DNA of 64,000 nucleotides from Klebsormidium nitens (taxonomy: Eukaryota > Plantae > Klebsormidiophyceae): contig DF237390.1 of NCBI GenBank assembly GCA_000708835.1, positions 1 to 64,000 on the forward strand, in the 5' to 3' direction. Of this stretch, positions 24,501 to 36,016 are shown piece after piece (position 1 is the first letter of the stretch; every line of letters starts with the position of its first letter). The notes beneath the pieces are model-generated. The model was not told the DNA's origin. It was given only the letters and a program-made list of their open reading frames with translations, and ran no database searches. Both the position numbers and the translations under genes were made by a program.

Positions 24501-27250
24501 CCTAGCCAGCTGAAGCCAATCCACAGTGCCAGACAAGCTATTGTTGCTGAGCCGAAGGACCTCAAGTGACGGCAGGCTCTCCAGAATCGACCAGGGGAAC
24601 GGGCACGTAAGCCCGTATTGGGAGAAGTCGCTGCAGGAAACGGTGATGTAAATAAGCAGATAGCACCGATTGGTTGACGAGCCCTTTCAATAAAGGAGCG
24701 GTGAATTTGTTACGTCTTTCGGCCTGTCCTACATTTCAATGAGGGCCGATCACAGAGAAAACAAGCCGTCCAATTGTTGCCTCCTGGTCATCCAACGGCC
24801 TGAAGTCTTATATTTTCAGTGGACGATGCAAATTGCAATTATTCAAGAGGCCAGAAGCTTGACAAAACCTGCAGCTCTAGATGATTGTCCATTGGGACCC
24901 GCAATCTGAGTCCAGGAAATGCTTGTCCCTCTTCAACAACATAACCAACAATTGAAGCGTCACAGTCATCACAAACAAAAGCTGCTCAAAATGTGGGGCT
25001 GCAAGAAGTCACCCACGGTTGGCACTTTATTGCCCCTACTGTAGTTTACCTTTCCCTTTATTATTGACCGGATGCGTCTAGACAGAAACTCCCCACACAA
25101 CTGAAACTTGCTTTCCCGTGCTCGCTTCCACTCGACTCATGCACATTATTCCAAGATCTGTAGTAGGTCACCCTGATTCAGGCTTCCCTTAACACATGAG
25201 CTTGCGGTCCAGCGAGCACTCCCTGATCAATCCGCCGGTTACCTCGACAGAATTTCTGGAGTTTTCACCAGGTTTACCTCACCAGGTTAACCTTGACCGA
25301 GGCCACCGTAAGCACGTGCAGAGAAGTTGAGCCAAACGACTTACGCAACCTCGAGCTGCCCGTCAATCGTGCACTCCCACCCCGGCACCTCGCACAGCTC
25401 AGTCGCAATCACGCCCGTGAGATCGATCCCCCCCACTGCGAGGAAATTTTCGCACGCGCCTGCCGTTACATTCGCACAGCACGTGGTTAACATGCTCTGA
25501 AGAGCTGCCTTCTGAGCGGCCACTAGCACGCGGCTCTGAGCGGTGAACGTCACGAGCAGCTGGAACTGCGAGACCCCCTTTGCGTAGCCCTGGACTCCGA
25601 CCGAGTACGACCCGGTTGAGTAGAACGGGTCGGAGCGCGGGATGAAGATGGACTCATTCTGAGCTGTGGTCGAGGCCCACCCATTTTGCTGCGGGGTTTG
25701 GAAAGGAAATAGGGTTTTGGGGTTTGGCCAGGACCAAGTTTAGGGTTTGGGACTACGAGGTATTCTCTTCATGGGGCCTTTGATGATGCAAGCACCGCAG
25801 GCTTATGCGGTCGGAAGAAGGAAGATTGTACTTAGCTGGACTTCTGTGGAGGGGAGTGCCCCACATTATGACAACAGTCGTGTTTGTTGTCTGGGGAAGT
25901 GAACCTTATATGCACAAGGGAGTCATGTCAGGCGTCCAAAACTCAAGTGACCAGTTGGGGCGGTGCCCTGTTAACAGAAGGTGCTTCTGTGGCAAACTAC
26001 GTAGTGTTCTGCTTCAATTCCTCGACCAAAGTTGTATAAAGCAGCTCTTCTCTTTGGTGAACCGAGGACGTGAAATCCGAACGATGCAGGGATCCCTTCA
26101 AGGCAAGGAAAGGCACACCAAACTACAGTAGCTCTTTCTATACTTGAATACTTTCAAGGGCAAGGCGCCTTCGTTCTTTCGCCCCAGCTCTTCCGCTCCC
26201 TGGCCCCTGAATGTCGGCATACACGCCTCCAGATCTTTGCAAAATACAATGTCTCATTTGCCCGTGTACACAAACCGTGTACGATGGGCCACACTACATA
26301 CTGAGGAGTTTTTCACACGGAAGCGGATTCGGTAATGTAACTGAGACTCTTAGCGTAGCAAAGCTACAACTTCTTCATCTTTTCCACACATCTCGCCTCT
26401 TAGAATACTTAAGCCACGTGGAAAATCAGCGTGTTTGGAGCATGCTCTTTTGAAAATGATGCTGAATAAAGAATGCTGATGGAGGAAATAACGAACGAAA
26501 ACAGAAGTGGCTTCGCAAGCTAGCAAAAGCTGAATCAACTACAGACTTCCTCTAGACAGCAGTTACCAGTTGGCAGCATTGCACACTTTCATGTTATCAA
26601 GATCTCAATACCAACTGCAATTACCACCTGAACCTCGAAATAGAGTCAGCATTGACACAAGCAGCTGACTAAGTTCGTCGCATCCTTCCACATTTATCGT
26701 GAGTTCTTCTCCCACATTCTTTTGAAGACACTGTAAACAACTGCTTTCGCTGCGCTCTAGAAGCATGACACAAAGCTGAAGATCTCAAGCACGAGCACAG
26801 ACAACCAGCATCCCTGCCTGAAGATCTCCGCAGAAAGCAGCAGAGGTGCAAACAAGGACAAGGTAAACATTTCCTCACCTCAAAGCCGTTGTTTGAGAAC
26901 GGCGTTGGGTTTTGCGGCTCCACGATGTACAAATCCGCGTCCCCCTGGTATTGAATCAACTTGACGCTGATGTCCACTGTCGCGTTAGGGAGCACAAAGT
27001 AGAAGAAGCTAAGTGTGTTGAAAGTGACGTTCTGCACTGTTGATAACACTCCGGGTGTTAACTGCTGCACCTTGGGCAGGGTTAACGCGCCCCCAGAAAG
27101 AGTAGCTGGAGGAGCAACAGAGGCTGGGCCGGGGGCGGCCGCGGGGGCTGTTACGAACTGGCCTGAACAAAGTTGGCAGAGCAAAAGGAGACAAAGAAGG
27201 GCAGCAGAGAACCATGCGTGCGGCTCCATTTTGAGCTGCGTGTCTCCCAA
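18594..27250 (-). CDS. Secreted/membrane LRR receptor-like protein: signal peptide, PPC-like beta-sandwich domain, Cys-rich cap, plant-type extracellular LRRs, Pro/Ser/Ala stalk, one TM helix, short cytoplasmic tail (no kinase); ~10 exons
   Basis: Exon 1 (27250-26879) has a hydrophobic leader and YQGDADLYIV. Exon 2 (from 25688) has NESIFIPRSDPFYSTGSYSVGVQGY. LxxLxLxxNxLtGxIP repeats lie in exons near 24.5-24.6, 23.5-23.6, 22.7, 22.1-22.3, 21.5-21.6, 20.66-20.98 and 19.69-19.85 kb. The last exon (18984-18594) has TM AIVGIVVGILVGVIAVVALAVFAV followed by RVTRQRR. Confidence 0.85.
19860..20230 (-). repeat. Three intronic ghost copies of acceptor + start of the penultimate LRR exon
   Basis: GTGGTTAA(C/T)GGCGGGTTTCGTGCAG|ATCTTCGACGCCAG-like units with exon-like starts at 20193 and 20051, plus a truncated unit at ~19925 (AG changed to AC). 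The functional start is 19849. Confidence 0.85.
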
Positions 27251-28372
27251 AGGAGCTCCTCTTCGACCCTACACACGCAGTCGCCTCAACCTCTGAGGCT
27301 CTGGAAAAGGATAATAGCCGCAGGAAGATGATACCAGTGACCTTTTAGAATTACCACATTTCAATTTTCATGTGGCTGACCAGAACGGTGCGGGGCGACC
27401 ACCGTTCTTTCCTGCGCGTGCCACACCGCGGGCGTGACGCTGCAGGCTGGCTGCAGCCTCAGGAGTCAGGAGTCAAAACTCGGACTTTCAGGAGTCAGGG
27501 TTCCCCTTCCTCACTTTATGGCAACCATGGCCAGCCAGTTCATTTGTGCACGTGATTTGGCGTCAGGCCACGTAGATTTCGGAGGACCGTCGATTGGAGT
27601 TTTGACGTATGTGAAGGGGGAACTATTGAGTCCATAATCTACCCCCTGTTGAACTCCATGGGTGTTTGTTTAAGCGGGAGGACTCTGCGTCGATCGCAAC
27701 CGTTGAATCACATTGTGAAGTCATCTGACGTACGGCGGTAAGGCCCCTTACTCGTTTTGAATTGTGCAGCCCGCATATGCCGCCTACTCATCGACATCGA
27801 CCAGTACTACAATTTAAAGCAATCGGCCGCTATACCGTATGCAGTACGTGCCCAGTTGTATGATGGTCCCCTCGGTTTCATATTACGCCGTGGCCCGTAC
27901 TAGGCAGTGGAGCAGTGCAGCCATAATAGGTTAAAAAGTCTTCTCCATTGGCATACAGTTTCGCATTTTGTATTCCCAGATCCGATCGACGTCTCAAGTT
28001 CTGTGCGCGAGCACCCTGCTATCAATGATACCTTGGCGGAAATTGTCCTACCAGTAATAGCCTCATTAGGATACATCATGCACGTTACCAATGTGCTTCG
28101 TTGACAGCAAGGACTCAACAAAACGCGGAAAGGTCAAGGTAAACGGATTTCGAACATGCGGAGGCCAGGCTGTGGGCGCAGATCGCACTGCCTTTCAATC
28201 TATCAGCCACTTGACCGTGCATTACCCGTTACAGATTATCGTATTGTCGTCCGACAAGTTCAGTGTGACTCACTGTCCTGGTTGTGATAACAAGACGGTC
28301 GAGGATCGTCATTCCTGCTACGTTACATGAAAATTCTTTACACACCCTGTACACATAGCTGGACCCGCTCCA

Positions 28373-31300
28373 TCACCTATTTTCAAAGCGGGCCTTTCGC
28401 TTCTCCAGGAATGCAGACATGCCCTCTTTCTGGTCGTACAATCCAAAGCACGCGCTGAAGAAAAGGTTTTCTTTCTTGACCCCTTCGGAGAGCCCTAAGT
28501 CATTAGCGCTGTTCACAGCTTCCTTGGCCATAGCCACCACGGGGCCTGATAACCTGCACGATTTATAAGATTGGCTTCATGAACGAGCAGCATCTGCGCG
28601 GGCTTGCTCAAAGCATCGACATGCCCGCCTGACCCTTCGAATTCATTGTTCCGGCATCATAACGGGGACCCTCTCCGCGTTTGTCTCGTCAGGCTTTTTA
28701 ATTTTGTTCATCCACCGTCCTCAACTTTCCGTTCGACATTTTGCCGAATGCCGGAAAACTTGAGCGGTCAAGTCTGACATTCATGTAGAGGAACAGACAT
28801 TTGCGCTTCTGGCTTGCCGCAAAACTTATAGCTATATAAGACATCCGAAGCGTAACAGATGAAACAAAACGAGCAAATGCAAGGCCGACCCAAAGTGTTG
28901 GCTATCAAAACCCGTACACATATCTAGTTTGCTGAGAAGCACTGTCGTTGTACAATTCTTGTCGAGCGAGCACATCCGCAAGCCCCCAGGTGCAAATTTT
29001 AGCACAAGTAAGAAATGTAAACGCTCATACTGACGATCTCCATCAACTTCCCATTGAATTTCACAACAGAAGACGGAAGTCAACGTAAATCAGATGCAGC
29101 CTTTCACTTCGCTCAAGGGGGGCATGCAAAAGGTCTCGTAACTCAATACAAACGGACGCGAAATTTTGCTGCAACGAATATAAATAGCATATACCATCTT
29201 GAACAAGAGTCACAAGAGTCACAGGTTCAGATCGGCCAGTCTGCGAGACAGACGTAAAAGAAGTTCCTCGCAGCCTCTCACCTCGCAATCTGCTTCGCAA
29301 GATCGATGGCCGCCTCAATCAGCTTTTCGGGGCCCCCCGTGATAACCCGGCTGGCGAGCCCCCGCGACACGGCCTCCTCGGCATCGATAAAGTGCGCCCC
29401 GGACAGGATCATTTCCATGGCCCGGGACTTGCCCACCGCCCTGCACGACTCAACCCGGGGCCGCTTAAAAAATTGCGGGATTCCTCAGACGCACTTATGG
29501 AAACCAAACCCCACCAGTCGTTCCTCGGCGTCAATCAAGTGCGCCCCGGACGGGACTCGCTTAGGGCCCTTGGATCAGCGAACTCAAGGATGATGAAGTT
29601 TGGGAACTCGAATCTGCTACCGAATCTGCTGTAAAAAACGTTGGAGAAACGTCTGAACGTCCTTCAAACTGGCCGTCACTCACTGACTGACAAATCGGAA
29701 ATGTAAAAAGCTTCGAGATGAGCCCGAGACTTGCCCAAGGCAGTTCGGAAGATTCGAAAATGACAGAGAGGCACCGATGCCAAGATTCGTTTTAAGGATG
29801 TTGCAGCCGAGGTTGAGAGTAGTACGGAGTCCCTTGAACAGCGCATGACTGGACGAGGCTTTCACGAACGACATGTAAAAGCAAAGAAGGCATCAAGTAG
29901 TGCGAGGGGCATCGATTTCTCGAAATGGGCCTCAGAAACTTGTTCTGTAGTAGCGGAACATAGAGAACGATATTTGCTTCAAGTAAAAAACTACGTGCCG
30001 CATCACCCCTGACCTGATGAGCCTCTGCGTGCCCCCCATCCCGGGGATAACTCCCAGGTTCGTCTCCGGCTGCCCAAACACCGCGTTCTCCCCAGCCAGG
30101 ATGATGTCACACATCATCGCAAGCTCGCAGCCCCCGCCGAGCGCGTATCCATTGACCGCAGCGATGATTGGGGTCCGGCATTCGGACGTTGCTCTCTCGT
30201 ACCCGGACAGAAGGCGTCCGAGATACGCAGTCACAAACTCTTGGTCCCGCATCTCCTTGATGTCGGCGCCCGCGGCAAAGGCCTTCTTGCCGGAACCGGT
30301 CAAAATGATGGCCTGGAGAACAGGGAGGGAGATGTGTGGGTGTGTTTAACATTTATGTGTCTCGTAAGAAAGTTCTACAAAGGAAGAAAGAGTTGGTGTA
30401 AGCGAACAAGAAGCGCGGCGCGCCAGGACAATGACGGGCTGAGATAAACGCATGGAAAAGAAGAAGCTCAAGATTGTAGTTCAAAAACTGGGCTTCGTTT
30501 AGAAGCTACCTACTTTGGTTGCCTGTGGAGAAGAGGGAGAAATCTCAAGATGCAGGTTAGTGCTTTGCGCTTCAAAACGAAAAATAAGAAAATTCAGAGA
30601 AAACTTGCAAGGGGCCCCTTTGTTTAGCAGGTAAGCATGATCACTTGAGGAAAATCATATACATAAAAGCTAGAGCACAGGGTTCGCTGAGCTGGTTTCG
30701 AGCAGGCCTTCTTTAGCCAGAAATGTTGCCTGCGAGTGGAAGAGGAGAAAGTAGAAACAATGTGATGAAGAGGAGAGCGTTGCATAATTACTTTCTTTCT
30801 GGGTTGTCCACTCTTTGAGGAACACAGTACTCAGCAATCTCTCCTGCTGTGAAAGGCAAGTATAGATTATTCCGAGAAGGGCTTTCTTGCAAGTGACGGT
30901 CACCATGATGGCCTCAAGAGAAGGCAGCAGATTCCAGTCGAAGGGAGTCTTGAAGACAATTGACCCTCACCAAAGGCAATGGTTTTTGATCAGCGAGTCT
31001 TCTCAAAGGTACTCTACACTATGGGCAAGTGCTCAAGGTAAGTCCTTTTGCTAATATGGACCCAGATCAGTGGGTGAAGTATCAATTTAAAGGCAAGAGG
31101 CCTTTTAGCCAGCGTCAATCCGCTCATTGCTGGCGGTGTCGACGAAACAAGGATTAATTTAGGCATGAAGCAGGAGAACATTGGCGAGGAAGTATTTGGA
31201 AAAGCAAGCCCTTGGGGCCGCGGACACACAAAAGGGCAACAAGGAGAGAATGTTTCGAGGAAGTCAGTCTCCTCTCCCTGTGGGCCAATCACTGTGCATA

Positions 31301-31979
31301 CCTTAACCCTGGGGTCTGCGTCAAGCTCCTGAAGCACATCCGCCAGCTCATCCATCACTTGGGTGGACAGCGCATTGAGCACTTCCGGCCGGTTGATTGT
31401 GATGATGCCCACCCTGCCGTCGTCGACGATTTCAGCGAGGATTGTTTCATACAAGTTGCTGACATCATCGACTTCACGATCCCAGAACTCGCCATCGTCC
31501 CCTCCTTCAGCATCCTCTGCCTCAGTCTGATCAGTGTCAGATGGAAGTCTGCCTGTGCTGAAAAGCCGGGGGCTGCGAATGGGATAGAAGGTGCTCGATG
31601 AGCCCCGAAAGAGGGCCTGATTGGGAGCTGATTGCAGCCACATTGGGGACGCCGCATGGATTGCAGAGTTGGGGAAAAGGCCGGTGCTGTTTGGAAGGTG
31701 GTGCGAAAGCGGCTCAGCTGTTGATGCCACCCCACTAGAGTTTCTTGAAAAGCTGTTCAAAGTTGTGCTGGTTGTGACTGCATTGGGAGCCTCTACTAAG
31801 CCTGCGGAAGACCATTGAGACCCAACAAATGCGCAATCTACAGTTGGTGTGACTTGCTTGGTTAGAAGCGAGGCCCCTTCTACATTGGTCCCGCCCAAGC
31901 AACGAGCATCGAAGCCCTGCTTATGCAACAGCTTGCATGCCACATCGTGTGCTGTCCTCAACAGCCGTGTTCGGCCCAT
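28373..31979 (-). CDS. ECHS1-like: Short-chain enoyl-CoA hydratase (crotonase, ECHS1-type) with long N-terminal targeting peptide; exons 31979-31302, 30312-30014, 29440-29282, 28553-28373
   Basis: [88 protein letters not shown] and [14 protein letters not shown]. Both catalytic Glu positions (GGGCE, QPE) are present. Splice phases are consistent. Confidence 0.92.
29520..29580 (-). repeat. Intronic ghost copy (internally deleted) of start of enoyl-CoA hydratase exon 3
   Basis: On + strand, TCCTCGGCGTCAATCAAGTGCGCCCCGGACGGGAC versus exon TCCTCGGCATCGATAAAGTGCGCCCCGGACAGGAT (30/35 identical), preceded on the - strand by ccaag|GGC. Confidence 0.75.
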
Positions 31980-32402
31980 CCTGCTCAGGAAGCCGCTCCG
32001 CTTTGACTCTTATCAGCGGCTTGCAATCAATTGAGGCATACAAAGTGGATAGGCTGCAATGCACCCCAGATAGGACGCAGATACTTAGCGCACGAATTTT
32101 AGTTCTTCAGAGCTTTCGAGCTGAATTTGCTTCATCTTCAAGCAATTGTGCTATGCATTCAACTTCAAAATGTGCGTCCTTCACGTTGATTCTAAAAAAC
32201 CCTAATTCAAGAGGTTCTGCCTGGGGTTCTGCCTGGGGTTCTGCCTGGGTTCTGCATGCATGCTTTGCAGCAAACTTACAATTTGCATTCGATCGAGTTG
32301 AACTTGAACTTTGAAGAGAGCTCGGAGCTGGTGTTCCATTTGTGAACCTGTTGTGAAGTTTATTCAGCAGGTTGCACATTCTAGGAGCTGCATTCAGACG
32401 TC
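31980..32402. promoter_or_regulatory. Putative bidirectional promoter region (enoyl-CoA hydratase / MAPEG)
   Basis: Divergent start codons at 31979 (-) and 32403 (+). Confidence 0.5.
32213..32255. repeat. 12-bp tandem repeat (GGGGTTCTGCCT) x~3.5 in the divergent intergenic region
   Basis: ggttctgcctggggttctgcctggggttctgcctgggttctgc. Confidence 0.85.
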
Positions 32403-35400
32403 ATGGCTGCCGCTTGCATCAAAACCAGTCTCTCTGCATCCCAGCTGACTGCCCCTGCAAATTCATCTTTTGATCGAAATGGCAGCAGTGCTCCCCAACC
32501 GATCACATTCCTCCAAGCTAGAAGCGCGGTGCCTAGCTGCAGGCAATTGTGCTCTGCAAACAAGAGGCCAGCAGGCCTTGGGCTAGGCGCAATCGGAGGT
32601 CTGCGTTCAGATCCCTCTGAACTAAACAGATTCAGACCCCTCCAAAGAAGGTAAGTGAGCTCTGTTGTAAGATTATCCTCGCTGAAGAAACTTGATTGAA
32701 GATCAGCTTGGTGGTCCATCTCAGCTTAGATCAGTCAGAAGTCACAAGGTCGGAATTGGCTTAGTGTTCCCCAGTTTCTCTTCTCATTGAATTGTCTAAA
32801 AGTGCAATATACTCTACTAATAAGAAAGTGATGGGAGGGGTATTACCTGATCCATGAAAGTGGTGGTACCTAGTTTGGCTTCTCTTAATGCTGGCCAAAG
32901 AACCTGGATCAGATGGTCCTCAGTTACTGATGAAACCGGCTCCAATCGTCCTGGCTGTTTGAAAAGCTTGTAAGGGGGTATTAACAGCAAGCGGCTGGAA
33001 AGTGCTTCCAAATCATCGCAGATACCGCCATATCAAGTGTACCATCTACTTGCCCTGAAAGACAATTCCATCTAGGCAAGAAAGCTCGTTACGAAGCGCA
33101 CTTTAGGTGCCCAGTTGTTAGCGAAGCTGGGTACAGTTTCTAAGGAAAGAGTCCCCAAACACAAAGCTCTTCCTGGCAATATCCTGGCGATGCTGTTACT
33201 TTATGGGCATTCATGACATGGCAGAGTTTCGATTTTGATGATCTTTGTAATTTTCTAATCCGAGAGAATCACCTTAGCTCGCATGCAAAGAAGAAAACGC
33301 CGTTTGGAGCCAAGTTGATGAGAGTCTTTGAAAGACCATGTTTTAGGTTCTAGAAGCTATGTTGGTCAGGTCGTAACAGGCTTTCTACCAGACAGACCAA
33401 GTTTATGATTTCTAAAGAAGTCAGTATGACAGCGAGTGACAAGACTGGAAAGGAGAGTCGTGGTCTTAGCTCCCCAAACCTTCTGCCCGCAGGTGCAGGC
33501 CCGTCTCAGCGGCGCGCGTCACAGCGGCCATTCCTTTCCTTCCACCAGCTTTCGGATATGGTAAGATCTGTGAGACTTAGTGATATGCCTTGGAACATTG
33601 ATATATACTACGTTAAGACGAGATCAACCTGGATTGTACAGAGACAACCCCTCTGAAGCTGAAAAAAGCTCCAGCCACATCCACTTTTGTTTGATCCCTC
33701 CTTTGTTGCCCGATTAGTTGCAATCAACCATTCTTCTGAGGCAGTCTATCTCCGATATTATGATGAGATGTTTCCCTGATGAAGCCCGTTGCTCAAAGCA
33801 TGGTCAGCTCGACTGAGTTCCGTTCCCTTTTGCAGTGGCGTTGACGGCCGCAGCCAGCTTGATGCTTGTGCAGTGGCAAATGTTCCAGGTTTGCTTTCGC
33901 TCTCTTTCTTTACAAAGCCGTCTCCTTTCTTAACCTCTCGATGTTTTTTGAGCTCCGTGTCCACCTTCGGAGAGTCAGATATGGAGATATGATCAGACTC
34001 GCTGTTTTCGGGCCCAGCTTTAACTTTCTGGGGGACTCATTTCAAACGGCTTGACAAGCGAGCCCCGCGTCCAAGACTTCAGTGGCAGCAACCGTACATC
34101 AATCGTATGCCATAAGATGGTCAGACGCTTCCAACTCTTCCAACTCTGAACCTCACTTTGAACTTGACAGAGAGTCAGATTTTGTTGGGCGAAGAGCAAG
34201 ACAGCCATGTTTTGGCCATCTGCTTTTAGCAACGCTCTTCTGAACCCGGAGCCCCTGATAAAAAACCCACTGATACTTGTGTTGCAGGTGGCGCAGCAAA
34301 GGAGGAAGTCGGGGGTTGTTTATCCTGCGGTGAGTTAGTCGTCCCACCACTGATCGACCTACTTTGAGGCGATTTGAAGTACTACTGTCTACTCCGTTAA
34401 GTCTACGAAGAACTTCAAGAGTTGGCAGATTGGTAGAGAATAGAGCTCCTTGGAGGAGCAAGCGACTTTCCGTTTGCATCGTCCGTTTGGACTGTGTATC
34501 TCTTCATGGCCATCATCGAAGTGACGACTCACTTCTCCTCATGAACGAGACTTGGACCCTTTCAAGATCGACGGCGCAGAGCAAACGTTATCAGGCTCCT
34601 TCAATTATCTATCGTCGAAGCCGAAGCAATCCTTCTTTGGTGCAGATCTACGAGGACAAAGAGGACTCTGTCTTCAACTGCTACCAGCGCGCTCATCAAA
34701 ACACCCTAGAGTCGTATCCGGCTTTCCTGGCCTTCCTACTCCTCTCTGGGTCCGCATACCCGATCACGGCCAGCGTGTAAGTCTGTCTACGAGACCCGGT
34801 CTCGGTTCTGTCGCCAAAATACGTCTCCTTGTCGGCCACGTGGTCTGTTCGTAAGGTCGTTAGATGCTTTCTAGAAGTGACGAAGTGACGAAGTGCGGCG
34901 GGTAGCCAAAAGTCTCACCTTCGGTTCAAGAAGACTTGCAATGAACATTGCTTGAAAAATGTTAAGAGTCACGTTAGAAAACCAACTGACTGACACTGCC
35001 TCCGTTGAAGAATCCTCTCCTTATGACGGTCTCCGTTCTAATCAAGTGCTCACACAAAGTTAAGCTCTTTTCTCGGCACCTCTGATGCCATCCATTGAAG
35101 CCGCATGTAGGTCTTTTCCAACGGAGTGACGGGCCAAAAAGAGTCTTGCTGCTTGAAAGACTTCTATATCTGAGGCCTTTGGCATTATGCTGCCCGCTTT
35201 TGAGATTGATGGATTGAACTTGCGAACGCTCGTCCAGACGATGGTTGGCTTCTGTCTACTCTCTGGCGGTCGTCGAAGTCCTCCTTCTGCTGATGACTTG
35301 GTCTTTAATTGAACTGCAGGCTTGGAGCTGTTTGGATTATTGGTCGCCTGTTCTACTCACTAGGGTGAGCCAAAAATACATGTCGCATGTCTTTGCTTCG

Positions 35401-36016
35401 GCTGTGCTTGCTATGCAGCGCTTGTTCTTTTGTTCGTCCGATCTCAATAGACTTCACGGGTCGATGGAGATTGAGGCGATAGTGCGTCTTTTTTTGGTGT
35501 GTTCCTAGTTTGCTAATAGCAAAAGTCGAACCGATGGTCCCGAGTGTGTTGTGGAATCCTCATCATCGCTTAGATCGTCTCAAGGCTCGGCACCAGCAAG
35601 CTTTTGTCTCAAGTCGTCGAGTGTTTGCCATACGTACTTTACAATAGAGACTGGTGCCCCTCGAGCCACAGAAAGATATGGGGTATGCCGGTGAGCCGTT
35701 TGGCTCGTAACGCGGATTAAGAGCTTCCATCGCGTGTAGCTGCCGCCACATTCTGCATAATTGAATGTGCGGGTCAGACCGCGACTAATCTGGTATACGT
35801 GAAAGAGCATATGCGACGGCCATACCCAGGAGATGGATTCTCTTAAGGCGTTCTCTTGTAGTACCAGCGTTGAAAGCTTGCTCGCGTTTTTGCAGGTACT
35901 ATACGGGCAACCCCAACAATCGTCACAGGGGTTCGTTCCATTGGTTTGCATTCTGGGGTCTTGGCATCGCGTCAATAGTGCTTGGGGTAAAGCAGCTCAG
36001 ATATCTTCCTGCATAA
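32403..36016 (+). CDS. MGST3-like: MAPEG-family protein (microsomal glutathione S-transferase 3-like) with ~95-aa transit-peptide-like leader; exons 32403-32650, 33493-33560, 33836-33888, 34288-34329, 34646-34776, 35320-35364, 35896-36016
   Basis: Spliced product: MAAACIKTSLSASQL...RRCRPVSAARVTAAIPFLPPAFGYVALTAAASLMLVQWQMFQVAQQRRKSGVVYPAIYEDKEDSVFNCYQRAHQNTLESYPAF...LGAVWIIGRLFYSLGYYTGNPNNRHRG. All six intron phases match. Confidence 0.88.

Noticed and set aside
32107-33011. - strand ORFs 32107-32379, 32381-32719 and 32817-33011 as a separate gene
   Set aside because: They overlap the MAPEG first exon, first intron and divergent promoter. The QAEP repeat comes from the 12-bp DNA repeat, and no coherent splicing was found.
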